64,000 nt of DNA, from the NCBI GenBank assembly GCA_965117045.1, contig OZ220749.1:2309817-2373816 (forward strand), written 5' to 3'. Positions 1 through 9,455 of this stretch are shown piece after piece. The notes below the pieces were generated by a model, which did no database searches, was not told where the DNA came from, and saw only the letters and a program-made list of their open reading frames with translations. The stretch is from a bacterium (GTDB lineage: Bacteria; JAAXHH01). The translations under genes and the position numbers were made by a program. Positions within the stretch are counted from its first letter, which is position 1. Every line of letters begins with the position of its first letter.

Positions 1-13
1 GCTATTACTGTGA

Positions 14-298
14 TCAGGAGCCGGATGACGCCGGTCCGCCCGCGCTACTCGCACCACGCGCACCACGCGCACCACTCGTGCCACTCGCACCACGCGCATT
101 ATTCGCTCCCGCAGGATCTTCGACGCCGGCGATGGCCGCTCTGAAATGGTTGATGGCACGCTCGAATTTCTCGAGGCAATCGGCATTGCAAAACCCCACA
201 ACGTGACCTTCAAATACCGTCAGTGAATCGGCCTGTACCGGCTTGCCTGACCAGGGGCAGGTCTCATTGATGCAATCGGCGATGTCGAGAACGGGCAT
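14..298 (-). CDS. Small YHS/TRASH-like putative metal-binding protein with Ala/Gly/Ser-rich C-terminal tail
   Basis: ORF translation shows the pattern CPWSGKPV...GHVVGFCNADCLEKF, which matches the YHS/TRASH Cys arrangement. The tail is encoded by a GC-rich tandem repeat (caccacgcg/caccactcg units, about nt 30-115). Confidence 0.3.
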   Translation of the reverse strand: MPVLDIADCINETCPWSGKPVQADSLTVFEGHVVGFCNADCLEKFERAINHFRAAIAGVEDPAGANNARGASGTSGARGARGASSAGGPASSGS

Positions 299-450
299 AG
301 TCCTTCCTTTGATAATGGATCGTATATCAATCAGCGTCTGAATGTGGTAACATCAAGATGCGCGAACGGTTGTTCCTCTCCACATAGCGCATCGGCTCAG
401 TGGCCGGCTGTTCCGCCATATACAGCGTCTCACCTCGGTTTAGCCGCTAC

Positions 451-2220
451 CTATTCCTCCTCGTACAGCGCCTCGCCCCGGCTCAGCCGCAGCGCGATCT
501 GCGCGGTCTGGTTGAGCGCCCGCTGCGTGGGGGCGTGGGCGGCGAGATACCGGGCCGTGGCGATCAGCACGTGGTCGGCTTCGGCGCGTCCCTTCAGTTC
601 CTCGTATTGCCGTATGCCGGCCTCCAGCATCTGGAAGCTGTGGAACTCGGCATCCTCCCGCAGCAGCGAGACCGAAAGCGTGCGGAACAGCCGGTCCACG
701 GGATGCCCGTCGGCCAGGAAGCGATAGACCAGCCTGGCGGCCGGCTCCACCTGCTGCTGCGTATCCAGTTCGGTCAGAAACGCGTCGAGAATCTCGTCGG
801 TCTCGCCGGCAAGATCCGCCGTAGCCCTGGCGGTCGGCAACCGCGCTGGCGGCACATTGAGGAAACGGTCCAGGTACACGGCCATGGCGCCGTGGAAGAC
901 GCCGCGGACCAGTTCCGGCGAACCCGTCCGCTTCAGGGCCTGGTGCAGGGCGTTCGCGTAGGTGAAGGTATGGAGCACCGTGATCCAGTCGTTGAACTCG
1001 TTCTGGGTGTGGAACCGGGCGATGCGCAGCGCGGCGGCGTAGGTGACCGCCTGGCTGAGTTGCAACGGCGTCATGCCGTCGCGGAGCCGGGCCAGCATGG
1101 TGTCCACCGTGGCCTGGGGATCGTCCCCGAGGATCACTTCGGCCAGTTCAGCGGGGCCGTCCCAGGCGTAACCGTTGGACGTCGATGCCAGCGCGCCGGG
1201 CAACGCGGCATTCGCCCCGCGAAGTATGGCCGCCAGGTCGACGGGATGGCGCCAGGCGTTTCGCTCCTCGCTGCGCGCCGCGGCGCATAACTGGCCGACC
1301 GTGCTGGGCAGCACTTCATCGGCGTGCTCCCAGCCGATGTGGTCCAGCAGTTCCGTGGACTTGTTGATAAAGTCCGCGACGTGACCGCCGTCCAGGAACA
1401 CGTGGTCCGTGGCGGCGCTCATCATCATGTCCACCAGCTGCGCGGGATCGCCGTCCATGGACACGGCCGTGAGCAGACACCGCGTGGCGCCTTCGGCGTC
1501 CCGCACCTCGACGAAGCGGCGGAACCAGCGCTTCAACTGTTCGAACGACAGGTTCTCCGTATCCAAAGGCTGCAGGTCGAACCTCGGCGGCTGTCCGTTG
1601 CTGTCCCGGGCGACGTGCGTCAGTCCCTGGTATAGCGGGAGGATCTGCTCGTCTCTGGGCAAATAGCCGCACAGGTTCGTCATCGCGGTCAGAATGGTCA
1701 GTCCCGGCCCCCATCCGGATGAGCGGTACCGCACGCCGTACCGGCCGCCGGTCTCGGCGATATCCTTGTAGGACACCCCCGATTTCAGCAGGGCGATCAC
1801 GGCCTTGGCATTGACCAGCGAGATGTTCTGCTCCAGGCCCTCTCTCAGGCGGTTGCGCCAGTACGCCGCGTCGCCCGACTGGTCCCGCGATCCAGAAACC
1901 CAAACGTCCCCGTTCCGGGTCTCGACCGCGTACACCGGCACGTCGTCCGCGAAGAGATCGAAGGTGCAGCCGCTCTCCAGGTCGAAGTCCGCATGGTGCC
2001 AGTGGCAGGTCAGAATGCCGTCCTTGATCGTGCCCCGGTGCAGCGGAAAACCCATGTGGGGGCACCGGTTGTCCACGGCGTGCACCTGTCCGTCACCGTG
2101 GTGGAACACGGCGATCGGACCGTCGTGCCCGTTGACGACGATGCTCCCCTTCTCCTTCAGTTCGTCCACCGATGCGACCCGGATCGGATCGCGCAAGGCT
2201 GTTTTTGAGGTGCCGTTCAT
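451..2220 (-). CDS. Rieske [2Fe-2S] domain protein fused to a ~470-aa C-terminal domain of unknown function
   Basis: N-terminus has CPHMGFPLH...CHWHH, the CxH...CxxH Rieske ligands. Probable start is the ATG at 2220 (MNGTSK...), preceded by GAGGAG. The track ORF runs on to 2319 through AT-rich non-coding-looking sequence. Confidence 0.65.
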   Translation of the reverse strand: MNGTSKTALRDPIRVASVDELKEKGSIVVNGHDGPIAVFHHGDGQVHAVDNRCPHMGFPLHRGTIKDGILTCHWHHADFDLESGCTFDLFADDVPVYAVETRNGDVWVSGSRDQSGDAAYWRNRLREGLEQNISLVNAKAVIALLKSGVSYKDIAETGGRYGVRYRSSGWGPGLTILTAMTNLCGYLPRDEQILPLYQGLTHVARDSNGQPPRFDLQPLDTENLSFEQLKRWFRRFVEVRDAEGATRCLLTAVSMDGDPAQLVDMMMSAATDHVFLDGGHVADFINKSTELLDHIGWEHADEVLPSTVGQLCAAARSEERNAWRHPVDLAAILRGANAALPGALASTSNGYAWDGPAELAEVILGDDPQATVDTMLARLRDGMTPLQLSQAVTYAAALRIARFHTQNEFNDWITVLHTFTYANALHQALKRTGSPELVRGVFHGAMAVYLDRFLNVPPARLPTARATADLAGETDEILDAFLTELDTQQQVEPAARLVYRFLADGHPVDRLFRTLSVSLLREDAEFHSFQMLEAGIRQYEELKGRAEADHVLIATARYLAAHAPTQRALNQTAQIALRLSRGEALYEEE

Positions 2221-2534
2221 GATGTTTCTCCTCAAGCTGCGATACGATGATCGTGCAATGTATCTGGAATGAATATACGTGTTATCTTTCAATATATGTA
2301 TCGCAAAGGAATAAATCAATATTATTATTTATATTATTTATTTATTTTTTATTGTTCCTTATTTGGGATAGGACGTTACAATACTATGGTGACGCGCGTG
2401 CAAAGGTAGTGTCTGCAAAGTGGTGTCTGCAAACAGGTATGTACTCGATGCATACAACACCAGATAGCCGGGATGCGCCGGGATGCGCCCGGATACACAT
2501 TGGATAAGCACCCGCTTCGTTCGCGGAGAATGAC
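2221..2534. promoter_or_regulatory. AT-rich divergent promoter/operator region with direct repeats
   Basis: A stretch at 2250-2400 is strikingly AT-rich in a high-GC genome and contains TACAAT. Direct repeats GTGTCTGCAAA x2 lie at about 2405-2433 and CCGGGATGCG x2-3 at about 2468-2495. The region sits between the divergent Rieske gene and the regulator gene. Confidence 0.45.
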
Positions 2535-3161
2535 ATGCCCGATTCGGAAGGCACCACCCGCCGTCAGATCCTGGAGTTGCTCAAGCGCAAGGGCGAAATG
2601 ACCGCCGGCCAACTCGCCGGGAAAATCGGGATAACTTCCATGGGCGTCCGCCAGCACCTCAGCGGCCTGGAGCGCGACGACCTGGTCGAGACGCGGGTCG
2701 TGCGGCAGGACCGGGGCAGGCCAGCCCACTATTTCGGACTGACAGATGCCGCTGAGCGCCTGTTCCCGGTACGGTATGGCCAAATCGCGGTGGAACTGCT
2801 CGAACAGATTGCCGAAACCGATGGGCCGGAGAAGGTCGACAGCCTCTTCGCGTTGCGCACGGAGCGACTGGAAACGGAATACAAACACCAGATGGCCGGG
2901 AAGCCCTTCTCGGAACAGGTGCGCGTTCTCGCTGAAATCCGGGACCGGGAGGGATACATGGCCGAATCCCACGCGGACGGCGATGAGTACATCCTGGTGG
3001 AACACCACTGCCCGATCTACGAAATAGCGCGCCGTTTCCCGAAGGTCTGTCAGTACGAACAGGAATTGTTCGAACGCACGCTCGATGCTGGGGTGCGCAG
3101 GGACGAGCACAAGATCGTCGGAGACGACCGCTGCCACTATCTGGTACGGAAACGAGATTAG
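2535..3161 (+). CDS. Winged-helix (ArsR-like) transcriptional regulator with Cys-containing C-terminal domain
   Basis: N-terminal RRQILELLKRKGEMTAGQLAGKIGITSMGVRQHLSGLERDDLV is a typical HTH. C-terminal Cys residues (HHCPIY, KVCQY, DDRCHY) are present. GGAGAA lies upstream of the ATG. Confidence 0.5.
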   Translation: MPDSEGTTRRQILELLKRKGEMTAGQLAGKIGITSMGVRQHLSGLERDDLVETRVVRQDRGRPAHYFGLTDAAERLFPVRYGQIAVELLEQIAETDGPEKVDSLFALRTERLETEYKHQMAGKPFSEQVRVLAEIRDREGYMAESHADGDEYILVEHHCPIYEIARRFPKVCQYEQELFERTLDAGVRRDEHKIVGDDRCHYLVRKRD

Positions 3162-3286
3162 CGGACCGCTGCCGCTAATTGGTACGAAAGTCCGACTGAG
3201 TGCCGAGTGACGGCCGGCTAAGTCACCTGGGCCGACAGCGAGCCTGACGGCCGGGTATACATCTGCCCGAATCCAGCGTTGTTACC

Positions 3287-4312
3287 ATGAGCAAACCACG
3301 CATCTGGTACCTGCCGACGCCGTCCCACACCGCGGGCGTCTTCAAGGATGAGACTTACCGGCGGTTACTGGCCGGCTTCGACGTGGTGGAGAACAGGACT
3401 GACCGCGCGTTGACCGCCGGAGAGGTGGAGGATGGGATCGCCGGCTTCGACGGCCTGGTTACCGGCTGGGGCGTCCGGCCGATCAGCGGGACCGCGCTGG
3501 AGCGGGCGGACAAGCTGAAGTTCGTCGTCCACTCCGCCGGATCGGTCAAGTACCTGTTCACCCCGGAGATGGTCACCGGCTGCCTGATGCCCCGGGGGAT
3601 CCGTGTCGTCAGCGCGCGGGGCGCCATCGCCCTCAACGTGGCGGAACACGCGGTCGGCGCGCTGATCATGATGAGCCGCAGGTGGGTCCACGACGCGCTC
3701 AACATCCGTAACAGGAGCATGTGGCGGGATCCGGACAAGAACTGGTCGAACCAGTTCCTGCGCGGCGCCACGGTGGGTATCGTCAGCGCCAGCATGGTGG
3801 GACGGGAGGTGATCCGGCTGCTCCGGCCCTTCAGCGTGCGCATACTCGTCTACGATCCCTACCTGAGCGATTGGGACGCCGGCCGTATGAACGTGGAACG
3901 GGTGGACCTGAACACGCTGTTCGAGGCGTCGGACATGGTGACCATCCATGCGCCGTCCATCCCGGAGACGGACCACATGATCGGCGCGGAGCAGCTGCGG
4001 CTGTTGCGGGACGACGGCGTCCTGGTCAATACCTCGCGGGGCTCCGTCCTGGACCACGACGCGCTGTACGAAGAAGCGAAGACCGGCAGGATCCAGGTCC
4101 AGCTGGACGTGACCACGCCAGAACCCCTGCCGCCCGATCACCGTTTACGTGCCCTCCCCAACGTGGTCATCACGCCCCACAGCTCGGGCACCGGCGCTTA
4201 TGGCCATCTCGAGATCGGCGAGATCACGCTGGGCGCGCTGGAACACTTCTTCTCGGGACAGGAACCGGTGCCGGGCGAGGTGGATTTGGAAAACTGGGCG
4301 CAGATTGCGTAA
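3287..4312 (+). CDS. D-isomer-specific 2-hydroxyacid dehydrogenase family (NAD-binding) protein
   Basis: Gly-rich NAD fold GATVGIVSASMVGREV. HAPSIPETDHMIGAEQL and SRGSVLD resemble the catalytic region of this family. Confidence 0.6.
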   Translation: MSKPRIWYLPTPSHTAGVFKDETYRRLLAGFDVVENRTDRALTAGEVEDGIAGFDGLVTGWGVRPISGTALERADKLKFVVHSAGSVKYLFTPEMVTGCLMPRGIRVVSARGAIALNVAEHAVGALIMMSRRWVHDALNIRNRSMWRDPDKNWSNQFLRGATVGIVSASMVGREVIRLLRPFSVRILVYDPYLSDWDAGRMNVERVDLNTLFEASDMVTIHAPSIPETDHMIGAEQLRLLRDDGVLVNTSRGSVLDHDALYEEAKTGRIQVQLDVTTPEPLPPDHRLRALPNVVITPHSSGTGAYGHLEIGEITLGALEHFFSGQEPVPGEVDLENWAQIA

Positions 4313-4315
4313 AAC

Positions 4316-5218
4316 CTACATCCGTCGCCGCGCCGCCATCACCGTATTCTCCATCAACATGGCCACGGTCATGGGACCGACGCCCCCGATGCGGGGCGTG
4401 ATCCATCCGGCGACTTCCGCCACATCCTCGTCCACGTCGCTCAGCAGCTTCTTGCCCTTGCGCGTGATGCCCGCGGCCACCACGGCCGCACCGGGCTTGA
4501 CCATGTCCTTCGTGATCAGTCCGGGCGAACCCGCGGCGGCGATGATGATATCGGCTTCGCGGAGGTGGGCGCCCATGTCGGGCACGGCCGAATGCAGTAC
4601 CGTGACCGCCGCGTTGCAGTGGGGCCGTTTCAAGGACAGCAGGAGGGCCAGCGGGCGGCCGATGGTCAGTCCTCGGCCCACGATCGCCACGTTTTTTCCT
4701 TCGATGGGCACGCCGTAATGGACCAGCAGGGCGAGGATGCCGTTGGGCGTGCAGGGCAGGGGCCCCGGCTTGCCGATCACCAGCCGGCCCAGGTTGATGG
4801 GATTGAGCCCGTCCGCGTCCTTGTCGGGCGCCACGGAGAGCAGCGCCTCGTCCTCGTCGAGTCCATCCGGCAGCGGGATCTGCACGAGGATGGCGTCGAC
4901 CTCCGGATCCTCGTTCATGCGGCCGATGGTCTGCAGCAGTTCTTCCTGCGAAGTGGATGCGGGCAGGTGGGTGTGTATGCTGCGGATACCGATTTCCTCG
5001 CATGCCCGGTGCTTCATGGAGATGTAGGTCGCGCTGGGTCCGTCGTCGCCGACCAGGATCGTGGCCAGGCCCGGCGTGATCCCTTGCGCGCGCATTTCGG
5101 CCGTTTCTTTCGCGAGCCTTTCCTGCATCTCGTCGGCCAGCTTGCGGCCGCTCATGATGACCGGGCCTTCGCCGGAACTCATCGGCTTTCCTTTCTTATC
5201 GACATCCAGATACTCCAT
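4316..5218 (-). CDS. folD: Bifunctional methylenetetrahydrofolate dehydrogenase/cyclohydrolase FolD
   Basis: Translation matches FolD along its full length (GLATILVGDDGPSATYISMKHRACEEIGI, PDKDADGLNPINLG, AIVGRGLTIGRPLALLL). The true start is probably the internal ATG at 5182 (MSSGEG...), which has AAGGAAAG 5 nt upstream. Confidence 0.85.
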   Translation of the reverse strand: MEYLDVDKKGKPMSSGEGPVIMSGRKLADEMQERLAKETAEMRAQGITPGLATILVGDDGPSATYISMKHRACEEIGIRSIHTHLPASTSQEELLQTIGRMNEDPEVDAILVQIPLPDGLDEDEALLSVAPDKDADGLNPINLGRLVIGKPGPLPCTPNGILALLVHYGVPIEGKNVAIVGRGLTIGRPLALLLSLKRPHCNAAVTVLHSAVPDMGAHLREADIIIAAAGSPGLITKDMVKPGAAVVAAGITRKGKKLLSDVDEDVAEVAGWITPRIGGVGPMTVAMLMENTVMAARRRM

Positions 5219-5290
5219 CCAGAATCACGATCGTCCTGCACCTCGTTGAATCCTTGCGCGGATTGAATCTCAGCATCCAGGAGCGCTTCT

Positions 5291-6730
5291 CTACTCGATC
5301 CCCGCGGCTTTCTTCGCAATATCCATGCACCGCAGCAGGTCGTATCCCCGGAAGATCGTGATCTTCTGCGCCTCGAGCGAACCCTCGGCATGGATGGCCA
5401 GCAGTTCGTGGTATCCACCGAAATCCGAAGCCGTGAGGTCGCGGATGAGATTGATGGCCTTCATCCGGTCCATGGTCGGCACGCCCTTGCGGCCGCCCAG
5501 GTAACGCTCCAGGTCGCCCTTCGTCTCTTCGTTGTGCCAGTCCGCTTCCGACGGGCCCGTGACCAGCAAAGCGCCGGCGATATCCTGCACGTCCCGCACG
5601 GCCTCGTGATAATTGTTGGCGAAATGGTACTTGGCGATGTTGGTCGTGAGCGTGTCCGGCACCGCGATACCGTCCACCACCTTGCAGTCCATGGCGGCCG
5701 CGCGGGTCAGGGCGCGGACCGTCTCCGTGTAGGTGATGAGCCGCGTGGCCTTGTCGCGGATGTGGCTCGCCTTCTCCACCCCGTTGTACACGGCGATCAG
5801 CGAGGCCGCGCCGATGAAGAGGTCGAGGAGCGGCGGCTTGTAGGACACGGCGGTGAACCGGTGGAACTCCACGAAGGCGTTCGCCAGCACCCCGGCGAAG
5901 TCCCACTCGCCGGCCAGGAAGACGCGCTCGTGCGGGACGAAGACATCGTCGAACACGGTCAGGGTCTCGACCAGGTGGTGCTTCGAGCTGACCGGGTGGT
6001 GATAGTTGCTTTCGCCCGAGAACCCGAAGGGACTGGCGATGAGCCGGACGCCCGGCGTGTTGACGGGCACGGCGAAGGCCACGGCGTAGTCCTTGTCCTC
6101 TTCCGAGATCGCCCGGGTGGGCAGCACGACCACTTCGTCCACGAAGGCGGTCCCCGTGGTATGGGCCTTGGCGCCGCGGACCACGATGCCGTCGGGACGG
6201 CGCTCCACGATGCGCACGTAGTAGTCGGGATGGGTCTGCTGGGACGGCAGGCGGCTGCGGTCCCCCTTGGCATCCGTCTGGGCCACGGCCATGCTCAGGT
6301 CGCGGTCGCGGCATTCGGCGTGGTAGTTCTTCACGCGGTCCAGGTACCCGGTGCCGTACTTCTCGTCGATCTGCCGCGAGACGAGCCGGAGCGAAAACAG
6401 GGCGTCCGTGCCGATCTCCTTGATGAGCAGGACCACGCCGCTGCCCTCGCGGGTGCTCGTCTCGATCATTTCCCGGCGCTTCAGCAGGTCCTCCGTGTTG
6501 GCCGGCGGGATGAAGTAACGGCTGACGCGCTCCCCCGTCTCGGGACATGTCGCCGTGAATAGCTCGCGGTGCGCCTCGTCTTCGGCGAGGTGATAGTCCA
6601 GGGCCGTGTGCTCGGCACCCGCGCGCAGTTCCGGGTGCTCCATGAGGTCCGGCACCCGCTCGCCGCGAAAGTAGATCGTCCTGCCGTCCTGCAATCCTTC
6701 CAGGTATTGTTCGGCCGTTCTCAATCCCAT
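5291..6730 (-). CDS. 4-hydroxyphenylacetate 3-monooxygenase oxygenase component / 4-hydroxybutyryl-CoA dehydratase family protein (HpaB-like)
   Basis: 479 aa with overall similarity to the HpaB-family flavin-dependent monooxygenase fold (acyl-CoA dehydrogenase-like), judged from memory of the family. Confidence 0.6.
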   Translation of the reverse strand: MGLRTAEQYLEGLQDGRTIYFRGERVPDLMEHPELRAGAEHTALDYHLAEDEAHRELFTATCPETGERVSRYFIPPANTEDLLKRREMIETSTREGSGVVLLIKEIGTDALFSLRLVSRQIDEKYGTGYLDRVKNYHAECRDRDLSMAVAQTDAKGDRSRLPSQQTHPDYYVRIVERRPDGIVVRGAKAHTTGTAFVDEVVVLPTRAISEEDKDYAVAFAVPVNTPGVRLIASPFGFSGESNYHHPVSSKHHLVETLTVFDDVFVPHERVFLAGEWDFAGVLANAFVEFHRFTAVSYKPPLLDLFIGAASLIAVYNGVEKASHIRDKATRLITYTETVRALTRAAAMDCKVVDGIAVPDTLTTNIAKYHFANNYHEAVRDVQDIAGALLVTGPSEADWHNEETKGDLERYLGGRKGVPTMDRMKAINLIRDLTASDFGGYHELLAIHAEGSLEAQKITIFRGYDLLRCMDIAKKAAGIE

Positions 6731-6811
6731 TGTCGGTCTCCGGTAAGTTTCATGATTTCAGTAATTTCGCCCGTTTTCTCCACGCGTCGTCAGGCGGTGC
6801 TGCAACTGCCG

Positions 6812-7600
6812 TCAGGCGGCACTCCATCCGCCGTCGACCATCAACACGGAACCGGTCGTAAAGGATGCCTGGTCGGAAGCCAGGTACAGGATGGCTTGCG
6901 CCACTTCTTCAGGCGTACCGAAACGGTCCATGGGGTGCTTTCTCTTCAGCCGTTCGTACATGGCGGCATGGGCCTGCACGGATTCCGTCATGGGGGTATC
7001 CACCCACCCCGGCGCTACGGCATTGACCCGAATCCCGCGATCTGCGAACTCGACGGCCAGGACACGCGTCAACTGGTCAAGTCCCGCCTTGGAAGCGCCA
7101 TAGGCCGCCGACTTCTTCATGCCCGACTGTCCGAGGATCGAGCTGACGTTGACGATACTCCCGGCGCCCCGGGAAACCATCCCCGGCAGGACCGCGCGAA
7201 TGAGCCGGAACGCTCCCGACAAGTTGGTCCCGATAATCTGGTCCCAGATTTCGTCAGTGGTTCTTTCGGCGTCCATCAATGGGCCGGTGCCCGCGTTGTT
7301 GACCAGCACGTCGATCTTCCCAAAGGTGGCCGTCGTCTGGTCGACCATCCGCTGGCAATCTTCGGTGATGGCCACATCCCCGGAAACGGCCAAAGCGCTT
7401 CCGCCATTGGCCTCTATGGCGGTTACGACTTCATCCAGCGGGGCCTTCCTGCGACCCGTGACGCAGACGTCCGCGCCTTCTTCGGCAAGAAGCTTCGCCG
7501 TAGCGGCCCCGATCCCCGTTCCGCCGCCCGTAATAAGCGCGACGCGCCCTTCCAGTTTCAATGCCGGCTCTCCTGGAGTGTGTGCCCGGTCAGCGGCCAT
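6812..7600 (-). CDS. SDR family oxidoreductase
   Basis: TGGGTGIGAATA is the Gly-rich NAD(P) motif, NNAG is present, and Y..SK (AYGASKAG) is the catalytic pair. Confidence 0.8.
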   Translation of the reverse strand: MAADRAHTPGEPALKLEGRVALITGGGTGIGAATAKLLAEEGADVCVTGRRKAPLDEVVTAIEANGGSALAVSGDVAITEDCQRMVDQTTATFGKIDVLVNNAGTGPLMDAERTTDEIWDQIIGTNLSGAFRLIRAVLPGMVSRGAGSIVNVSSILGQSGMKKSAAYGASKAGLDQLTRVLAVEFADRGIRVNAVAPGWVDTPMTESVQAHAAMYERLKRKHPMDRFGTPEEVAQAILYLASDQASFTTGSVLMVDGGWSAA

Positions 7601-8417
7601 CAGTCAATGCGCCTTCGGCCAGCGCGCCATTGATCAATTCGCCGCCGGTCAGCGCGCCCTCACCGAAGATGACGGGGAAGGTCTCGCCCGTTTTGACCGC
7701 CCGCGTGGCCGCGTCCATGTACGCGCTGCTAAACGCCCGCCGGGGATTGCCGGTGGGATTGCGCGCCGACCGGTGCAGGAGCAGGTTGTTCAGCAGAATG
7801 GCCTCGCCCGCTTCCGCCTCGAGGTAGATACAGTCCTCCTCCCGCGCGTACCGGGCCTGGTCGGCCTCCGACGGGAAGTGCATCTTGTTGATCACACCGT
7901 GCTTGTGGCTGCCCACCACCACCTGCATGCAGCCGTTTTCGACCGTCGCCGCATCGAGGGCGGTCCAAACGGTCGTCTCCGGGTTCGAATCCAGCCCCCA
8001 CCCGATGCCGACGTCCTGGTGCCAGGGGAGATGGGTGCCGTGCTCGGCCGGCTTGTTCATGAACATGGCCCGGAATATGGAGACGTTCGGGCCGACGAGG
8101 GCCTCCGTGACCTCCCGGAAAAACGGGTGCTGCATGTATCCAAGATAAAGCGGGTCCAACTGCAGATCGTCGATGCGCCGGTAAGCGAGCGTCTCCGCGC
8201 TTTCCTCGAACGTCCTCGTCGGCAGTTTCCCGTACTCGCCCGTGGTCGTGTCGCGCTGCATGGGCATGCCCTCGTAACGGACCTTGCCCAGCATGATGTC
8301 GTCGATGCGCTCGCGCATGGCCTGCAGGTGTTCGTCCGAAGCCACCCGGCCCAGGCGCAGGTAGCCTTCCTCGGCGAACCGGGCCAGCTCGCTCATGCCG
8401 AATTGCGGATTGGACAT
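7590..8417 (-). CDS. Phytanoyl-CoA dioxygenase (PhyH) family Fe(II)/2OG oxygenase
   Basis: WHQDVGIG...GSHKHG is the HxD...H facial triad in PhyH-like context. Confidence 0.6.
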   Translation of the reverse strand: MSNPQFGMSELARFAEEGYLRLGRVASDEHLQAMRERIDDIMLGKVRYEGMPMQRDTTTGEYGKLPTRTFEESAETLAYRRIDDLQLDPLYLGYMQHPFFREVTEALVGPNVSIFRAMFMNKPAEHGTHLPWHQDVGIGWGLDSNPETTVWTALDAATVENGCMQVVVGSHKHGVINKMHFPSEADQARYAREEDCIYLEAEAGEAILLNNLLLHRSARNPTGNPRRAFSSAYMDAATRAVKTGETFPVIFGEGALTGGELINGALAEGALTDGR

Positions 8418-8529
8418 TGGCTCCTCCTCTGCATCGTATCGGCGGATGGACCGGGCGGGCTGCTACTGCATTCGGCCAGGTCGCACCAGCAATGACCCTG
8501 GCGTGGCGCGACGGTCGCCCGGCGGACCG

Positions 8530-9240
8530 CTACAGCACCCCGGCCACGCGGAAGAAGTTCTCCAGGATCTTCCGGCCGTGCGGATAGACGTCGACGTAGT
8601 ATTCCGGGTGGAACTGCGTGCCGTACAGGGGCCGCTCCCGGTGCCTGATCGCCTGGATCCGGCAGTTCTCGTTCGACGCGATGAGGTCGAAGTCCGGCGG
8701 CACGGTTTTCATCTCCGCGTAGTGCGACTGCCGTACGACCACCGGATCGGGCAGCTCGTCGAACAGCGGATCGGCCATCACCGGACGCACCGGGTAGAAC
8801 CCCTCTTCGCAGAAATAACCGAGCGCATCGGGATTGGGATCGAGCACGTCGGGCTCGCCGGGCCGCAGGGGTCGCATCATCTCGTCTTCGAGTTTCGTCA
8901 GGTTGCGAAGTCCATGGTTGAACATGAACCCCATGAGCTGGTGGCTGGCGCACAGCCCCAGGGTGGGCACGTCGGCCATCGCGTTCAGCGTGTCTTCGAA
9001 GCCGTAGAACGTCTCCGGCCTGAAATGCTGGAAGAAGGTGCCGGCGCCGCTGAGCAGCATGGCCCGGGGCTTGAGCGGCTCGACGATCTCCGGCGTCATC
9101 TGCTCCTGGTGCAGCATCAGGCACGGCTGCCCGGAGATTTCCTCAAGCCGTCTCTTCAGCCGGAAATCCCGGCCGTCCTTGTTGTAGGATTCCAACGTCC
9201 CGATGCGAATCCAGATGATCAAAGGTTGCCAGCCTTCCAA
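8530..9240 (-). CDS. Class I glutamine amidotransferase-like (peptidase C26 / PuuD-like) protein
   Basis: GLCASHQLMG carries the Cys nucleophile and GTQFHPE carries the His-Glu. Confidence 0.6.
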   Translation of the reverse strand: MEGWQPLIIWIRIGTLESYNKDGRDFRLKRRLEEISGQPCLMLHQEQMTPEIVEPLKPRAMLLSGAGTFFQHFRPETFYGFEDTLNAMADVPTLGLCASHQLMGFMFNHGLRNLTKLEDEMMRPLRPGEPDVLDPNPDALGYFCEEGFYPVRPVMADPLFDELPDPVVVRQSHYAEMKTVPPDFDLIASNENCRIQAIRHRERPLYGTQFHPEYYVDVYPHGRKILENFFRVAGVL

Positions 9241-9455
9241 TGTGCGCGGGCCCGGAAGCCAGCCACGGGCGCAAGCGCCGTCAAGGACTTGCCGAACTGA
9301 ATATCACGATAAGGAAAACCGCGGAAATATCAAGGGTTAATACCTCGCCGGCATACTCGGAAAGGCTGCCCGATAATAACACTTTGCAATTCATTTCGTC
9401 CTCGTTACAATGCACTTGAATTTAACACTAAAACCCTCAATACAAGGACCACACA

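Noticed and set aside
400-2065. Long plus- and minus-strand ORFs (400..1290 +, 1316..2065 -, and others) overlapping the Rieske gene
   Set aside because: They are antisense or alternate-frame to a gene with clear motifs, are Arg/Pro/Gly-rich, and are typical open frames of high-GC DNA with no recognisable domains.
5196-6562. 450-aa minus and 390-aa plus ORFs overlapping the HpaB-like gene
   Set aside because: Alternate-frame or antisense GC artefacts with low-complexity Arg/Gly/Pro composition.
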